Program-made: the position numbers and the translations under genes
Shown: positions 40,661 to 51,904 of the stretch, piece after piece
Layout: every line of letters starts with the position of its first letter
Position numbering within the stretch: the first letter of the stretch is position 1
Notes under the pieces: model-generated
What the model was told of the DNA's origin: nothing
What the model saw: only the letters and a program-made list of their open reading frames with translations
Database searches by the model: none
Source of the DNA: an uncultured virus (IMG/VR IMGVR_UViG_3300046534_001898)
Taxonomy: Duplodnaviria > Heunggongvirae > Uroviricota > Caudoviricetes
IMG/VR virus record: IMGVR_UViG_3300046534_001898
Length of the DNA: 64,000 nt
Reading direction: 5' to 3' (one strand)

Positions 40661-41938
40661 ATGGCTAATAGATTGACATACAACCAAGGGGAATCAGACC
40701 TCAATCCATTGCAGAATTTCATCTCTCAAGTCTTTGAGGAAAGCGATCAAATCGTTGCCGCATCTACTTGGAGATTTAAAGGAAAAATGAATGAGCTGTT
40801 TTACTACAAGAACTCAATTACTCGAAAGGGTTTGTTAGTGAATGAGCATGGTGAGCCTTATGAGTTTATAAATGAACCTGCTAAGATATCTCTTCAAGAA
40901 GCTTATGATAGGAACTTCAATAGATACTCTAAAATATCAGATCATAGAAAAGGTTTGTCTTGGTTCAAAAAATACGAACTAAGAGAGTCTGTTGCGGGAG
41001 AGGTTAAAAAATTATTAGGAGAATCTACAGTGGCGAATGCTCCGTTACCAAAACGATTTGACCACCTTAAGTGGGAGTTGGAAGATTATCAGATTCATGA
41101 ACTTGATCGTTTTGTGAAAGCTCCTTTAGATGCTATCTCTGAAAGGGATATGAAAAATATTTCTAAAATTATAGGGATTCCAGAAAAGAACTTACTATCG
41201 ATTCACAACACTTATTCTCCCGAAACTCCAGAAATAAGCCCATCTGAAATGGATTTCAGATATCCTAGTCTAGAAAAAGGAGCTACAATGGCTGATTTGG
41301 GAATGAATGTACACAATTCAAATAAACAACCATCTTTAAATAAGTCCTTAAACAAAATGGCTGAGTATAAGACTCCAGCTCAAAAACAAACTGAGACTAG
41401 AATGCAGAAATGGAAAATTGAACCCAATCAAGGAATTCAATTGATGGAGAATCCTAGATTGGATGAATTCCTTATGATGTATTTGGAGGTTGACTTTAAG
41501 CCAAATGAAATTGACATCTCTCCAACTAAAAAGATTATCATGTCTATGAACCGTGAGGAGTCAGGAGATGAGTTTTACCAGAGTCTCGGTGAATCGCTAG
41601 AGCAGTTCAATGATATTTATGGTACAGGATACATTTTAACAGGATCATATATAAAGGACGGAGATAACAAGTGTATTATAGGTGTTGATTGGAAAATGAG
41701 AGATCATGTCAATGAGTGGGGTTTAGATGAGTTGGTAAATAAATATGGCGCTCAAAAGGGTTCTGAGATTTTTGAAATCAGACAGGAGAAGAAGAAAAGG
41801 AAACAAAGTATTATCGATGGATTAGAGAAGTCTCATTATGACCGAGCTTACCATAGAGAACACTGGGATTCAGATAAGAATAAAATTATGAGAGACTTCC
41901 ATTCTGGGGAGTTAGGATATGCAGACCCTTGGTTTTAA
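40661..41938 (+). CDS. Hypothetical protein, putative late gene
   Basis: 425-aa ORF after TATTTAT. Confidence 0.6.
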   Translation: MANRLTYNQGESDLNPLQNFISQVFEESDQIVAASTWRFKGKMNELFYYKNSITRKGLLVNEHGEPYEFINEPAKISLQEAYDRNFNRYSKISDHRKGLSWFKKYELRESVAGEVKKLLGESTVANAPLPKRFDHLKWELEDYQIHELDRFVKAPLDAISERDMKNISKIIGIPEKNLLSIHNTYSPETPEISPSEMDFRYPSLEKGATMADLGMNVHNSNKQPSLNKSLNKMAEYKTPAQKQTETRMQKWKIEPNQGIQLMENPRLDEFLMMYLEVDFKPNEIDISPTKKIIMSMNREESGDEFYQSLGESLEQFNDIYGTGYILTGSYIKDGDNKCIIGVDWKMRDHVNEWGLDELVNKYGAQKGSEIFEIRQEKKKRKQSIIDGLEKSHYDRAYHREHWDSDKNKIMRDFHSGELGYADPWF

Positions 41939-42459
41939 TGAATGAGAGATTAAACATATTGAGTGAAAGGTTCAATTCTTTTTTGAATTATGAGAACAAA
42001 TCTGTACTTTTGCCGTTAAAGGAAGAAGTGGAAGAACAAGACCCAGCACTATTAAGTTATACTGCCGTTTTCATTGAAGACCCAGCAGAGATAAAAAAGC
42101 TTGAAGCAATTGCAAATCAAGCTATCGATACTGTTGTGCCTAAAAATGCTATAGATAATACAATCTGGCACTTCCCTCCTGATTACCATATGACTGTGAA
42201 GTTAGGTAAGCTTGCGTTATCAAGGCGAATGAATGCTGATCCCGATTTAGGTTCTGAAGTTACTTTAGAAGTTATTGGTGTTGGGGTGAACAACGATGCT
42301 ATTGCTTTGTTAGTTACAGGGTATATGAGCAAGAATGTAAAGCAGCATATTACTCTTGCTTTCAAAACAACCCCTTCCGCTTCAAACTCAATACCGAACA
42401 GGAATTGGTACAAATTAAAAAAGAGTTTTCCTTTAAAAGGTGTGATTAGAGAAGTTTAA
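41929..42459 (+). CDS. 2H phosphoesterase (cyclic phosphodiesterase-like)
   Basis: HMTV and HITL motifs, and SN near the C-terminus. Confidence 0.8.
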   Translation: MVLMNERLNILSERFNSFLNYENKSVLLPLKEEVEEQDPALLSYTAVFIEDPAEIKKLEAIANQAIDTVVPKNAIDNTIWHFPPDYHMTVKLGKLALSRRMNADPDLGSEVTLEVIGVGVNNDAIALLVTGYMSKNVKQHITLAFKTTPSASNSIPNRNWYKLKKSFPLKGVIREV

Positions 42460-42719
42460 GGTTATTTACATAAAGTATAAACCTTTTAAAACTAAACATT
42501 ATGCACGAAGGAATCATTATCGGAGCGATTGGAGTAATCGTAATTATCGCTGTCGTACTTACTATTAAGGTAAGAAAAAGAAATAAGTAATTTGTTTACA
42601 ATTACTTATTATTGATTCTGAAATATCTTTCTATTTTTAGATAATGAAATCAGAGAAAAATATCAGAATCGATTTGAGCAAAGTAGTGTATATCACTCTT
42701 ATGCTTGTAGTGTTGGCAA

Positions 42720-43289
42720 TTAGTTTTCTTTGGTGATCAATTCATGATCCCAGCCTTCGAAAACTATAGTAAAGTCTTCACTTTTATGAATGTCTTCTGG
42801 AGTGGTCATGTACCATTCTGAGAAGACATTTTTATATAACCACGCTACGTACTCGGAGCAATAGAATTTCTTCTCTGCTTTTCTAGCCTTGGTGTGTCCA
42901 TACCACTTCCCAGTTATTTGATACAGTATTTGAAAAAAGATCAAACTCAATATGTCATATTTTGTAGTAGACACTTTTGAAAGAGCCTTCTTTGACATAT
43001 CTCTTTTGTCGATCTCAAAATTAGGTCTAACTACAGATACTTTCATTTTATCAGGAAACTCTTTAATCGGTCTAATAATAATACCGCTAGTATAGGCTTC
43101 GCAAATAAACATACTCCCCCAACATTCTAAAGCAATTGCTGCATGAGTGTATTTGTATTTCGTAAAGAATCGAATCATGGGAGCCATATAAGTCACTGGT
43201 CTCTTCCATTCGAATGGAGTATAAGTGATGATGATATCTCCAGTCTGAAGTGTAAATTTAGTTTCCATACTAATAAGTAGTTGTAACAA
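42720..43289 (-). CDS. Permuted papain-like (YiiX/NlpC-P60) protein
   Basis: GDII...YTHAAI...YD...FYCSEYVA...TPEDI. Confidence 0.85.
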   Translation of the reverse strand: MLQLLISMETKFTLQTGDIIITYTPFEWKRPVTYMAPMIRFFTKYKYTHAAIALECWGSMFICEAYTSGIIIRPIKEFPDKMKVSVVRPNFEIDKRDMSKKALSKVSTTKYDILSLIFFQILYQITGKWYGHTKARKAEKKFYCSEYVAWLYKNVFSEWYMTTPEDIHKSEDFTIVFEGWDHELITKEN

Positions 43290-43853
43290 ATCTTAATTTT
43301 TTCCGTTACAGAGTTGAGTTAAATTTAATAGAAACATACATATGTCATTTTTTAAGAAGTTTTTCGGTGATTCGAAAAGCAATACAAACGAACCCGACTC
43401 TAAACCTACTGAAGTAAAAGAGCCAGCACAAAAGAAGCCAAGAGTTATTCTTTTAAAGGATAGGGAAAAAATCCAAGTACTTCAGACAGTTTCTGAAAAG
43501 AATTACAAAATTGTCAGGAATGAAGGTGCTACGGGAGATCAAATTGATCATTATCAGTATTATGATGATGACGGCAAAGGAGTGACAGGTTTCACTCAAG
43601 TACTTTGGTTGTTTGATAATATGGTGAAGTCAAATCTTGCAAATGTTAAAGATCACATATAAGCGACAAAAATGATAGACAAGTTAAAGAAGTGGTGGTT
43701 TAAAGTTACTCATGTAAAGTGTGACTATTGTAAAGAGCCTTGCGATGTTTGGTATGAAGCTTACTTATTTCCAGTTAAAGAATATAAAGGAATGAAAATT
43801 TGCACCAAATGTATTGACGAACTTCCTAGTCAAGAAAACATAATCCGAGTATA

Positions 43854-44765
43854 ATGCTTTTAAACACAAGACCTCCATTTAATTTTTTATTCAGTAAAGT
43901 AAAGAACGAATTCATTTTCGTTACGATCTACTCTATAATTTTAGGAGTAGCCCACAACTATTTTGGATTAGCAATTACCATCCCATTAGCCATCCCTTCC
44001 ATTCTAGGAACTGCCATCTCTTTGATTTTGGCTTTTAGAACCAAACAGTCTTATGATCGTTGGTGGGAAGCTAGAAAAATATGGGGAGCTATTGTCAATG
44101 ACTCCCGAACTCTCATTCGAGACATCATAACATTTACTCATCTTAAGAAAGAATCTCTCAAAGACAGTCAGGAAGACAATATCTTTGTGGAAAGGCAAGT
44201 TGCTTGGTGCTATAGTTTAGGTCAAAGTCTTCGTGGTATAAATCCTCTCATGGGTTTAAAAAAGATTCTTAAGACTGACCCTGCTGATTACGAATACATT
44301 AAAGATCACCACAACGTCCCCAACGCACTCTTAATGCTTCACAACTACGACATAAAGCAGTTGATGGAAGATGGGAAAATTGATTCTATTCAACAAGTAG
44401 CTTTAGCTGAAGTCACAGCTAGACTTTGTGATAGTATGGGTAAGTGTGAGAGAATCAAGAATACAGTATTCCCTAAGACTTACACAATGTTTGTTGAGTA
44501 TCTGTTGTATTTGTTTATTATCTTGCTTCCTTTCGGTGTAATGGATTTCTCGGCTTGGTTTCAAATTCCATTGACAATCTTTGTATCGATGGCTTTCTTT
44601 CTACTAGAGAGGACTGCGGTGCATATGCAAGACCCTTTTGAGAACAGACCAACAGATACACCCGTAACAACATTAGCTCAAACCATAGAACTTAATTTGC
44701 ATCAAATGATTGAGGAGGATATGGATAAGAAGCCTCCAGTTAATAAGGAATTTTATCAAATGTAA
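43854..44765 (+). CDS. Bestrophin-family ion channel
   Basis: FRT..SYDRWWEARKIWG, CERIKNTVFP, DPFE and TM helices. Confidence 0.92.
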   Translation: MLLNTRPPFNFLFSKVKNEFIFVTIYSIILGVAHNYFGLAITIPLAIPSILGTAISLILAFRTKQSYDRWWEARKIWGAIVNDSRTLIRDIITFTHLKKESLKDSQEDNIFVERQVAWCYSLGQSLRGINPLMGLKKILKTDPADYEYIKDHHNVPNALLMLHNYDIKQLMEDGKIDSIQQVALAEVTARLCDSMGKCERIKNTVFPKTYTMFVEYLLYLFIILLPFGVMDFSAWFQIPLTIFVSMAFFLLERTAVHMQDPFENRPTDTPVTTLAQTIELNLHQMIEEDMDKKPPVNKEFYQM

Positions 44766-45342
44766 TGAAAAAGGAATTAAAAAATAGACTAAAAGAGTTT
44801 AAGAATACTTTGAATGGATACATGCATTCGACCACAGAGTATTCTGTAAAAGTCTTAGCTACAATTGTAAGGTTGATCAGTAGATTGACTTACATAATTG
44901 GAAAGTATGCCGTCACGACCCTCTTAGGGAATAAATCCCAGCGAGTTACTTTTTTTGCTGATCTAGTAAGTCTGGCAGATGAAGTTCGGCTTTATAAAGG
45001 AAATTCTTTCGATGAAGAAGAGAAGAGTGTGTTTAAAAAAATACTTGATGAACTTAATGGGATTATAGATGATTATTTCCCAGAAGAACGTGCAGCTGGG
45101 TTTCAGCAGTTTAAGATTGAGTGTACCAAAGACCTTTATAAGAGAACCTATAAAGAGAATGCTTTTACAAAAGGTCAGACTTATTTGGTTTTAAAAGATT
45201 GGGAAGGGAATTATGATGTGGAAGATAATTTGGGACGTGCGTTTAACTTTAACCATGACGGAAGCTCCGTAACAATGTATAAATTTAACGAATATTTTAA
45301 TCATGACTTTATTTAATAAAGTCTGAAACATTTTAACTATCT

Positions 45343-46230
45343 TTGCGTTTAATAAGTATGTCACTCTCAAGAAAATATGGTCAAAACGGTAAGACGTATC
45401 ACGTTCCTTACTCAAAAGGTACTGATTCTACCGATAGGAAGAATTGGGACTACTGGGATAATATTATCAAAGGAGTAACACAAGGAGAACAGTCTTGGAC
45501 AACTTTGAATCTAGAAAGTGGTCAGATGGAACGAGTTGAGTCTCAAGCTCAATCTCCAATCAAAAACTTAATCTTTACAGAAAAGTTAGACGGTCAGGGA
45601 AATTGCTTTAACCAGTATGGTTTATTTGCACGTTCTCATGGCGCACCTTCGGAACTCCCTTGGGATAGAACTTTAAGAGAGAAGTGGGCGTTGATTAAAA
45701 ACGATCTAGCTTCTTATGATCTTGAATTGTTTGGGGAGAACATGTATGCTTGTCACTCAATTGAGTATCTTAGGGTAGAGCAAGACTATCATGTATTCGC
45801 TGCCAGAATTAAAGACAAATGGCTTTCATGGGAACAAGTGAAAGAGTTTGCTTTCCTTTTTGATTTCCCACATGCTCCAGAATTCTCTTTGAGACCATCT
45901 TCTGATTTTAAAAATCAAGGAGAACTTCAAGCTTATGTTGAGAGTTTAATGGGTCAGCAAAGTGTTTATGGATCAATTGATTTTCATTCGAAAGAGTTTG
46001 ATCAAATGGAGGGAGTTGTTTTTAGGAACACGGAAGAATATCACGTAAATAACTTTGTTCATAATGTCTTTAAGATTGTTCGACAATCACATGTTAAGAC
46101 AGATGAGCATTGGACAAAAAATTGGAGACCAGCATTTAAACTCTGGCAGCTTCATTTAGAGTTAGTTAAAGAAACCGCTACGGATGAAGAGTATAGACAA
46201 GCTATTATTAATTTAGAAAAGAAAAGGTGA
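45343..46230 (+). CDS. ATP-dependent RNA ligase (Rnl2-like family); real start probably the ATG at 45358
   Basis: KTYHVPYS, TEKLDG, FGEN, EGVV, KIVR..HV.TDEHW. Confidence 0.85.
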   Translation: MRLISMSLSRKYGQNGKTYHVPYSKGTDSTDRKNWDYWDNIIKGVTQGEQSWTTLNLESGQMERVESQAQSPIKNLIFTEKLDGQGNCFNQYGLFARSHGAPSELPWDRTLREKWALIKNDLASYDLELFGENMYACHSIEYLRVEQDYHVFAARIKDKWLSWEQVKEFAFLFDFPHAPEFSLRPSSDFKNQGELQAYVESLMGQQSVYGSIDFHSKEFDQMEGVVFRNTEEYHVNNFVHNVFKIVRQSHVKTDEHWTKNWRPAFKLWQLHLELVKETATDEEYRQAIINLEKKR

Positions 46231-46874
46231 TGGGAAAAATAGGAATGTTAAGGATCGCAGAAGATTGTGAAAGACTAGGAATTGAAACTCCTAGAGAGTT
46301 TTACAACAAGAGAATGATGCTTCTTAAAGGGACTCCAGATGCAGGTGTCTCTGAAGTTGCGTTCTGGCAGCGTAAAGTGAGAGAGGCTAGAGGTCTAGCA
46401 ACTTATCAGTTGCGCCATAAGCATTACGACAAGTATTCTTATATGTATCACGTAGATGAGGTTGCTCGTTATTGTAAGTTCTATACAGAGGGAACAATTA
46501 TCGAGCAGTTAATCGCTGAAATATGTGGTCTTTTACATGATGTAGAGGAAGATGGGGATTTAACTTTCAATGATTTTAAGAGTGAGTTTGGTGAATATAT
46601 TGCTGAAGTCACTATTCGTGTCTCTGATGAGAAGGGTAGAGATCGTCAAGAGAGAAAGCCTGATAGTCTTTATGAAGAAATGAAAGAAATTACTGGCGCT
46701 GTTTTTACAAAGCTTTGTGACCGTATGTCGAACCAGAAGAATGGTAAGATTAGAGCAGGGGGAATGAAAAAAACTTACATGCTAGAGCATGATGGTTTTA
46801 AATCAAAACTTCACACTGAAGGAATATTGGAAGATGTGTGGTTTTCACTAGAAACATTAATAGGATTAAGATGA
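46227..46874 (+). CDS. HD-domain protein, SpoT/Mesh1-like (p)ppGpp hydrolase
   Basis: YMYH...LLHDVEED...FG..IAE....VSD...KLCDRMSN. Confidence 0.8.
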   Translation: MMGKIGMLRIAEDCERLGIETPREFYNKRMMLLKGTPDAGVSEVAFWQRKVREARGLATYQLRHKHYDKYSYMYHVDEVARYCKFYTEGTIIEQLIAEICGLLHDVEEDGDLTFNDFKSEFGEYIAEVTIRVSDEKGRDRQERKPDSLYEEMKEITGAVFTKLCDRMSNQKNGKIRAGGMKKTYMLEHDGFKSKLHTEGILEDVWFSLETLIGLR

Positions 46875-47811
46875 AAAATACAGAAGAATTTATTAAAAGC
46901 CTCGTTAAGATCGATGAAATAGAGGATGGAATGTTTGGTCACTACCCTTTTTCAATGGTAATTGAAAAAGAGGATGGAGGACTTGAAATTGCAGCTCTTG
47001 CTTTGAATGGAGTTATCCCAGTTTACATGAGAGTGGCAGTTGAAAGAGTGAAAGGGTTTAAGAAGATTTTTCTGGCTGTTGATTTCCCAAAAGGAGGAGA
47101 CATGACCGAGGATTTTGTTGCTGTTTTCACTGTTGAGGCAGATAGCACCTCTCTTGTTGCAATTCCTTACAATCCTGATAACGGAGAAGTTTACGATCAA
47201 ATAACTGAATCGGAACAACTTACAATGGTTTTGAGTCAATTCAAATCTCTTTCGGGAGATGTTGAGCTAAAACAGGAGGGTTAAATAGCATTTAAAAACC
47301 CAAGTTTAGTTATCAACACTAGGTGGTTTTTGACCTTATAGAGGTATTTATAATCAAAGAAAACGTTCTTTATATTATACCATTTAAACTATAAGTCATG
47401 AAACAAAAAAAGTTTGAATTTCTCAAGCCAGTAGAGCTTGGATATCATAATGATGATACTTGGACAGATTACTATGTTCTATTATCGGAAATAAAAAAAG
47501 GTGATACATTTTATGAATGCGATCACGGCAGAAATGTCAAGTTAACAGCATTAACCAATCCTAAAAAAAGCAAGAATGGTTGGCTTTGCACAGTAAGAAG
47601 TGAAAACTATGGCGACAGGAGTGTGTTTGCCTCAGCAACAACAACTTACCTTAATGCAAATTTTTCAAAAGTGCCATTAATATTGTCAGAATACAATGGA
47701 TTTTTTGGATTCATTGTTGAATAAGATAAAAATATAAGTAGAAAAAGAGCCTTTCATTTTGTGAGAGGCTTTTTTTTTGTTATCTTTGTTGCTCAAACTA
47801 ACAATTGATAG

Positions 47812-48429
47812 ATGAAGATAGGAATGTCAAACTTTGCTTTAAGACATTTTAAGCAAGGAGCAGGGACAGTAGTGGGAAACTTAAGTCCAGAAGAATTTAT
47901 AACCTCAATAAATGATAAACTTGAAGAATGGGAAATTGAAGAGTTTATTGTTGAATTAGAAGATTCTATATATCCTTTCTGTAAGTATCTAATCATCGAG
48001 AATTTTACTGATGCAATTTCATCTACAGAGAAGATTACTCTGGAAAATTATCAGTATCTCCGCTCTGGTTATTCAGCTAGAAGGGATAGTGAACTCCCAT
48101 ATCTTTCCCGTTGGTTTGATTTTCCAGTAAAAAACACAGAACCATCCAAGAATTTGGTCTTAATTCTTTATTCAAGAGAACAGCTTCTTGAAGAACATAA
48201 TGGAGACCAAGCGCAATTCGAATCTCATGAGTTTGAGATTCCAGAGGATTGTGAGTACGGTATAGTGTCGATGCAAGCTCTTAATGAGGTTGTTGTTGAG
48301 CCTATGACACCTTATACAATGGTGCGTAACGCTTTAGGTATTAAGTGGGGAGGAAATGGAGAAGATATCAATGAAGACTATTTAAGGACTGCGGCTGAGT
48401 ACTGGAATACTCATGCCATTATAAAATAA
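47812..48429 (+). CDS. DUF3228-like protein
   Basis: LRSGYSARR.SELPYL.RWF, ILYSREQL, PMTP.TM.RNALG...GG.G. Confidence 0.8.
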   Translation: MKIGMSNFALRHFKQGAGTVVGNLSPEEFITSINDKLEEWEIEEFIVELEDSIYPFCKYLIIENFTDAISSTEKITLENYQYLRSGYSARRDSELPYLSRWFDFPVKNTEPSKNLVLILYSREQLLEEHNGDQAQFESHEFEIPEDCEYGIVSMQALNEVVVEPMTPYTMVRNALGIKWGGNGEDINEDYLRTAAEYWNTHAIIK

Positions 48430-48440
48430 TAAACTAAAAG

Positions 48441-49112
48441 ATGAATTACCTAACCTTAGAAGATGCGGAGCATAAAATTTTAGTCGGAGTCCTGCAAGTT
48501 GTTAAAAGTGACAACAAAGCTCCGATTGTACACGAAACAGTTGTTAAGGCTGTTGGTAGATATAAGCATCAGTTTGTTGATCAAGGCGTTGCTTACGGTG
48601 GGCTTGAACAGGAAGTTAAAGAAAGTCAAGAGAATGAGTATACAGGAAGTGGCGATCCTAAAGATATGCTAAATGATCTTTTTCAAGATCAAATACTAGA
48701 ATACGACCAAGTGGATGAAATAGTTCCGTTGGAAGAAGCTGCTTTTAGAGTTGTTGATATAGAGTATGATTCTGAAAGGAGAGAAATTCTTGGAAGAGTT
48801 CAAATACTTGACACTGAGCTTGGACTAGAAGCTCAGAGAAGAATAAATAATGGAATGAAACCCTTTATCTCTCAAGGAGGTATCGAAGGTGCAGTTGATC
48901 CAAATAATATAAAAATAGGAGATTTAAGACCAGTGTATAAAGTGGTTAAGATTCTCCCAAACTACAAACTAAGTTTCATCAAGGCTGATGAGACATTTAC
49001 GACTCTCAAATACACGGAATTGAATAACGATGATGTGGAGAATCCAGATGAAAAATTTAATGAAGAAATAAACACTAATTTAGATGACGATGCAAGAGAA
49101 ATTATCGGATAA
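48441..49112 (+). CDS. Hypothetical protein with a possible degenerate prohead-protease-like fold
   Basis: GRVQILDTELG resembles a T4 gp21 family segment; catalytic motif not evident. Confidence 0.3.
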   Translation: MNYLTLEDAEHKILVGVLQVVKSDNKAPIVHETVVKAVGRYKHQFVDQGVAYGGLEQEVKESQENEYTGSGDPKDMLNDLFQDQILEYDQVDEIVPLEEAAFRVVDIEYDSERREILGRVQILDTELGLEAQRRINNGMKPFISQGGIEGAVDPNNIKIGDLRPVYKVVKILPNYKLSFIKADETFTTLKYTELNNDDVENPDEKFNEEINTNLDDDAREIIG

Positions 49113-50553
49113 GACGGTTCATGGAAAATTGAGCGAGAATGCAAATTATGTATGTGAACTATATAATGCCGAACTAGAAAAGAGAAAAAAAGGACAATTG
49201 CCTGATGGTTTTGAAATCCCACAATTCTTTTTAGAAGGAGATGAAGAAGTTAAGCTTGAAAGGTTCTGGGGAATTTCTTTCTCAATTAATAAACTTACAG
49301 AAGCGCAAGCATATTGTGAAAAGAAGAAACTTAAGAAGTCAATCGGGATCATAAATATCGAAGAAGTATCAGATTCTTTAGCCTTTGATAAGTTCTACTT
49401 TGATTTAGAATATAATTCTTCAGATAAAAAGATTTCTGATTATGACTCTACTGGAGTTTTTAGAATCGACTTGAATGATGGAGACTTCCTTTATATTGCT
49501 CAATGGGCTGCGGGAGAAGGAAGAGAAACTGTTGCTGATGCGGTTGTTATCTCAACATTAGATGCTTACTCTAAATTAAGAGAAGCATTAAATAAGCAGG
49601 ACGTTGTTCGTTCGGTTATCAAGAAAGGCGTTTACAGATTGAGAGAGCATAAGGGCGTTCCTATCTACACGATAGTAAAGGATATGCAGCAAACACCTGT
49701 TATTCACCCTGAGAAGGATAGGGCTGTTAGTCTTATTAAGAACTTCTTTGACAACGTGGATCACTTTGCTAAAGATGGAAGATCGGGAACGAGAAAGGGT
49801 ATTTGGATCGGGCCTCCCGGTACTGGAAAAACTTCTCTTTCACGTCAAATTCTACGTGATTACGGAAAGAAGTTCAATGTCTGTATCACCACCGACCTCG
49901 GAGCTTGTTATCTTCATATGGTAAAAGCTGCCAAGTCAAAAAAATCAACAATCATTGTTTTGGAGGATGCTGAGAACTCTTTATCAAAAGCTAATTCAGA
50001 TGTCTTAAATGTATTGGATGGTATTGATTTACCAAGAAACCCAGCTGGAACGTACATTATTATGACTACCAACAAACCTCAGATGATTGAGAAGCGTATC
50101 CTCATGAGACCGGGTAGGATTGATGATTGGTGTTTCTTCGGAGCGCTTAAAGGAAACAACGCCTTACAATGTGCTAAATTTTATTTCTCTTCTACTCTAT
50201 ACAAAGGTCTCTTGACTGTTGAAGATAAAGAGGGACTAAAGACTGTGAAGACAGTTAAAGGGAAGGAAACTGAGGTAGAGGTTCTTGATAAAGGACTGCT
50301 TGAGATCGTTTCTAACGGCAATAGCGGAATGTCTGGAGCGCAAATCGCAGGTCTTGCTGACTCGATGATTTCTTTCTCTATCTCTAAAAACAAACCTGTT
50401 TCAGTTGAGTTAATCCATGAAGCTAAAAAAGAAATGGAAGGTTACCTTTCTAGTATCGACAAGTTGATTCAAGAAGAGGGTTTACTGAAAGATAATAAAC
50501 TTGGGTTTAATTTGGATGAAGACGATGGGAAATCAGGATTCAAATCATGGTAG
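49084..50553 (+). CDS. AAA+ ATPase
   Basis: GPPGTGKT, VLEDAE, LNVLDG, TTN, RPGRID. Confidence 0.92.
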   Translation: MTMQEKLSDKTVHGKLSENANYVCELYNAELEKRKKGQLPDGFEIPQFFLEGDEEVKLERFWGISFSINKLTEAQAYCEKKKLKKSIGIINIEEVSDSLAFDKFYFDLEYNSSDKKISDYDSTGVFRIDLNDGDFLYIAQWAAGEGRETVADAVVISTLDAYSKLREALNKQDVVRSVIKKGVYRLREHKGVPIYTIVKDMQQTPVIHPEKDRAVSLIKNFFDNVDHFAKDGRSGTRKGIWIGPPGTGKTSLSRQILRDYGKKFNVCITTDLGACYLHMVKAAKSKKSTIIVLEDAENSLSKANSDVLNVLDGIDLPRNPAGTYIIMTTNKPQMIEKRILMRPGRIDDWCFFGALKGNNALQCAKFYFSSTLYKGLLTVEDKEGLKTVKTVKGKETEVEVLDKGLLEIVSNGNSGMSGAQIAGLADSMISFSISKNKPVSVELIHEAKKEMEGYLSSIDKLIQEEGLLKDNKLGFNLDEDDGKSGFKSW

Positions 50554-51220
50554 TACCTGAGAGAATCATATCCCAAGAGGAACTAAAAGATAAGTGGGAA
50601 CATAATCTAACGGTTGGTGATCTTCTTGATTATATCGAGAAGAACAACCTTCCGAGAGATGCTAAAGTTCTTTCTCAAAGAATCGAAGATAGGTATTTTG
50701 AGACAGGAGGCTGGGGTGTTGTTGTGAAGGAGGGTCATTGGTTTGATTCAATGGTAGAGAGAAACAAGGATATTGATGCTGGTGAATATGATGACCCAGA
50801 AGAGTATCCTTTATTGGAGAGCAAAAGACCTGCAAAGTTTCCTGAAGATGATTTGGATCAATTAATGGAGCAGTATCACCCTGTGTGGTGCGGTGTTAAG
50901 TATAAAGATGATGATAATCTGTATTTAGATTTACATTATTGAAACAAAATGAATTTTATTGCGTTATAATGATAAGAATGAAAGTAGGAGACAGATTAAA
51001 ATTCAAAAACTATTGGGACTCAAGAGATAGCGGTACAGCTGTTGTTATTGATGTCGAAGATACGATTTTTCAACCTTTTGATGAGCAAGCGGAAGAAGAC
51101 TTAGCTTATACGATTAAGGATGAAGAGACAGGGAGAGAATTTGAAGTAGATGATGATGATTACTACGTAGAATTAATTTGAACTTTGGGAAGTGCTTCGG
51201 CACTGGTTAATAAATAAAAG

Positions 51221-51253
51221 AAAAAGGCTCTGGAAATTTCCAGAGCCTTTTTT
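51221..51253. terminator. Bidirectional intrinsic terminator between convergent genes
   Basis: aaaaaggctctggaa/ttccagagccttttt. Confidence 0.85.
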
Positions 51254-51271
51254 GATTGTATCAAGTTTTTT

Positions 51272-51904
51272 TTAATCTTCTTTTCGGTCTACCCAATCAA
51301 AAGCCTCGCACTCTGTGCAATTAGAGTTGGTTTCTTTAAAGCTAGCTTCCTTACCACAGCTTTCACAGTAGTATTCGGAGAGACCTGCAAATTCTCTTAA
51401 GCTAGATTGAAAAGATGGGAAAGGATATCCAGCATCCTGAGTCTCATCGTTAGAGTAGTTTCCAGCTTGTTCTGGATTCTTTTCAATTGTGTGATTGTAT
51501 ACGGAAGGGTCAATTTCTGCATCGACATCTCCAGTCATAGCATCCAAATCCAAATCTAACATCCCTTTATCCATTGCTGGCATATCGTTTAGTTGATCTA
51601 GTGGCATAGGTGCGATTTCATCATCAAAGTGATCGAGAGAGTTTTCCATCGGCATATCAGCAAAATCAGAGTCTTCTACTCTTTTAGAGGCAAATGTAAC
51701 TTCGTCTGCATTAACGTTTTTGCTTTCACCATCTGGATTGGAAATAAAGACTTCATCGCCAACTATATAGTCTACGTGCCACTCTCCTAAAGCAGGGTGT
51801 TTGTAGTGGACAAAATCTCCTTTGTTAATTTGTGAAACTGGAGATACAGCTTCTCTAAGAAGGTTCTCTACATCACTCACTATTTGATTAACTTTCCTTG
51901 TCAT
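51272..51904 (-). CDS. Acidic hypothetical protein with a C-terminal Zn-ribbon
   Basis: CESC...CTEC, preceded by TATTTAT. Confidence 0.55.
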   Translation of the reverse strand: MTRKVNQIVSDVENLLREAVSPVSQINKGDFVHYKHPALGEWHVDYIVGDEVFISNPDGESKNVNADEVTFASKRVEDSDFADMPMENSLDHFDDEIAPMPLDQLNDMPAMDKGMLDLDLDAMTGDVDAEIDPSVYNHTIEKNPEQAGNYSNDETQDAGYPFPSFQSSLREFAGLSEYYCESCGKEASFKETNSNCTECEAFDWVDRKED

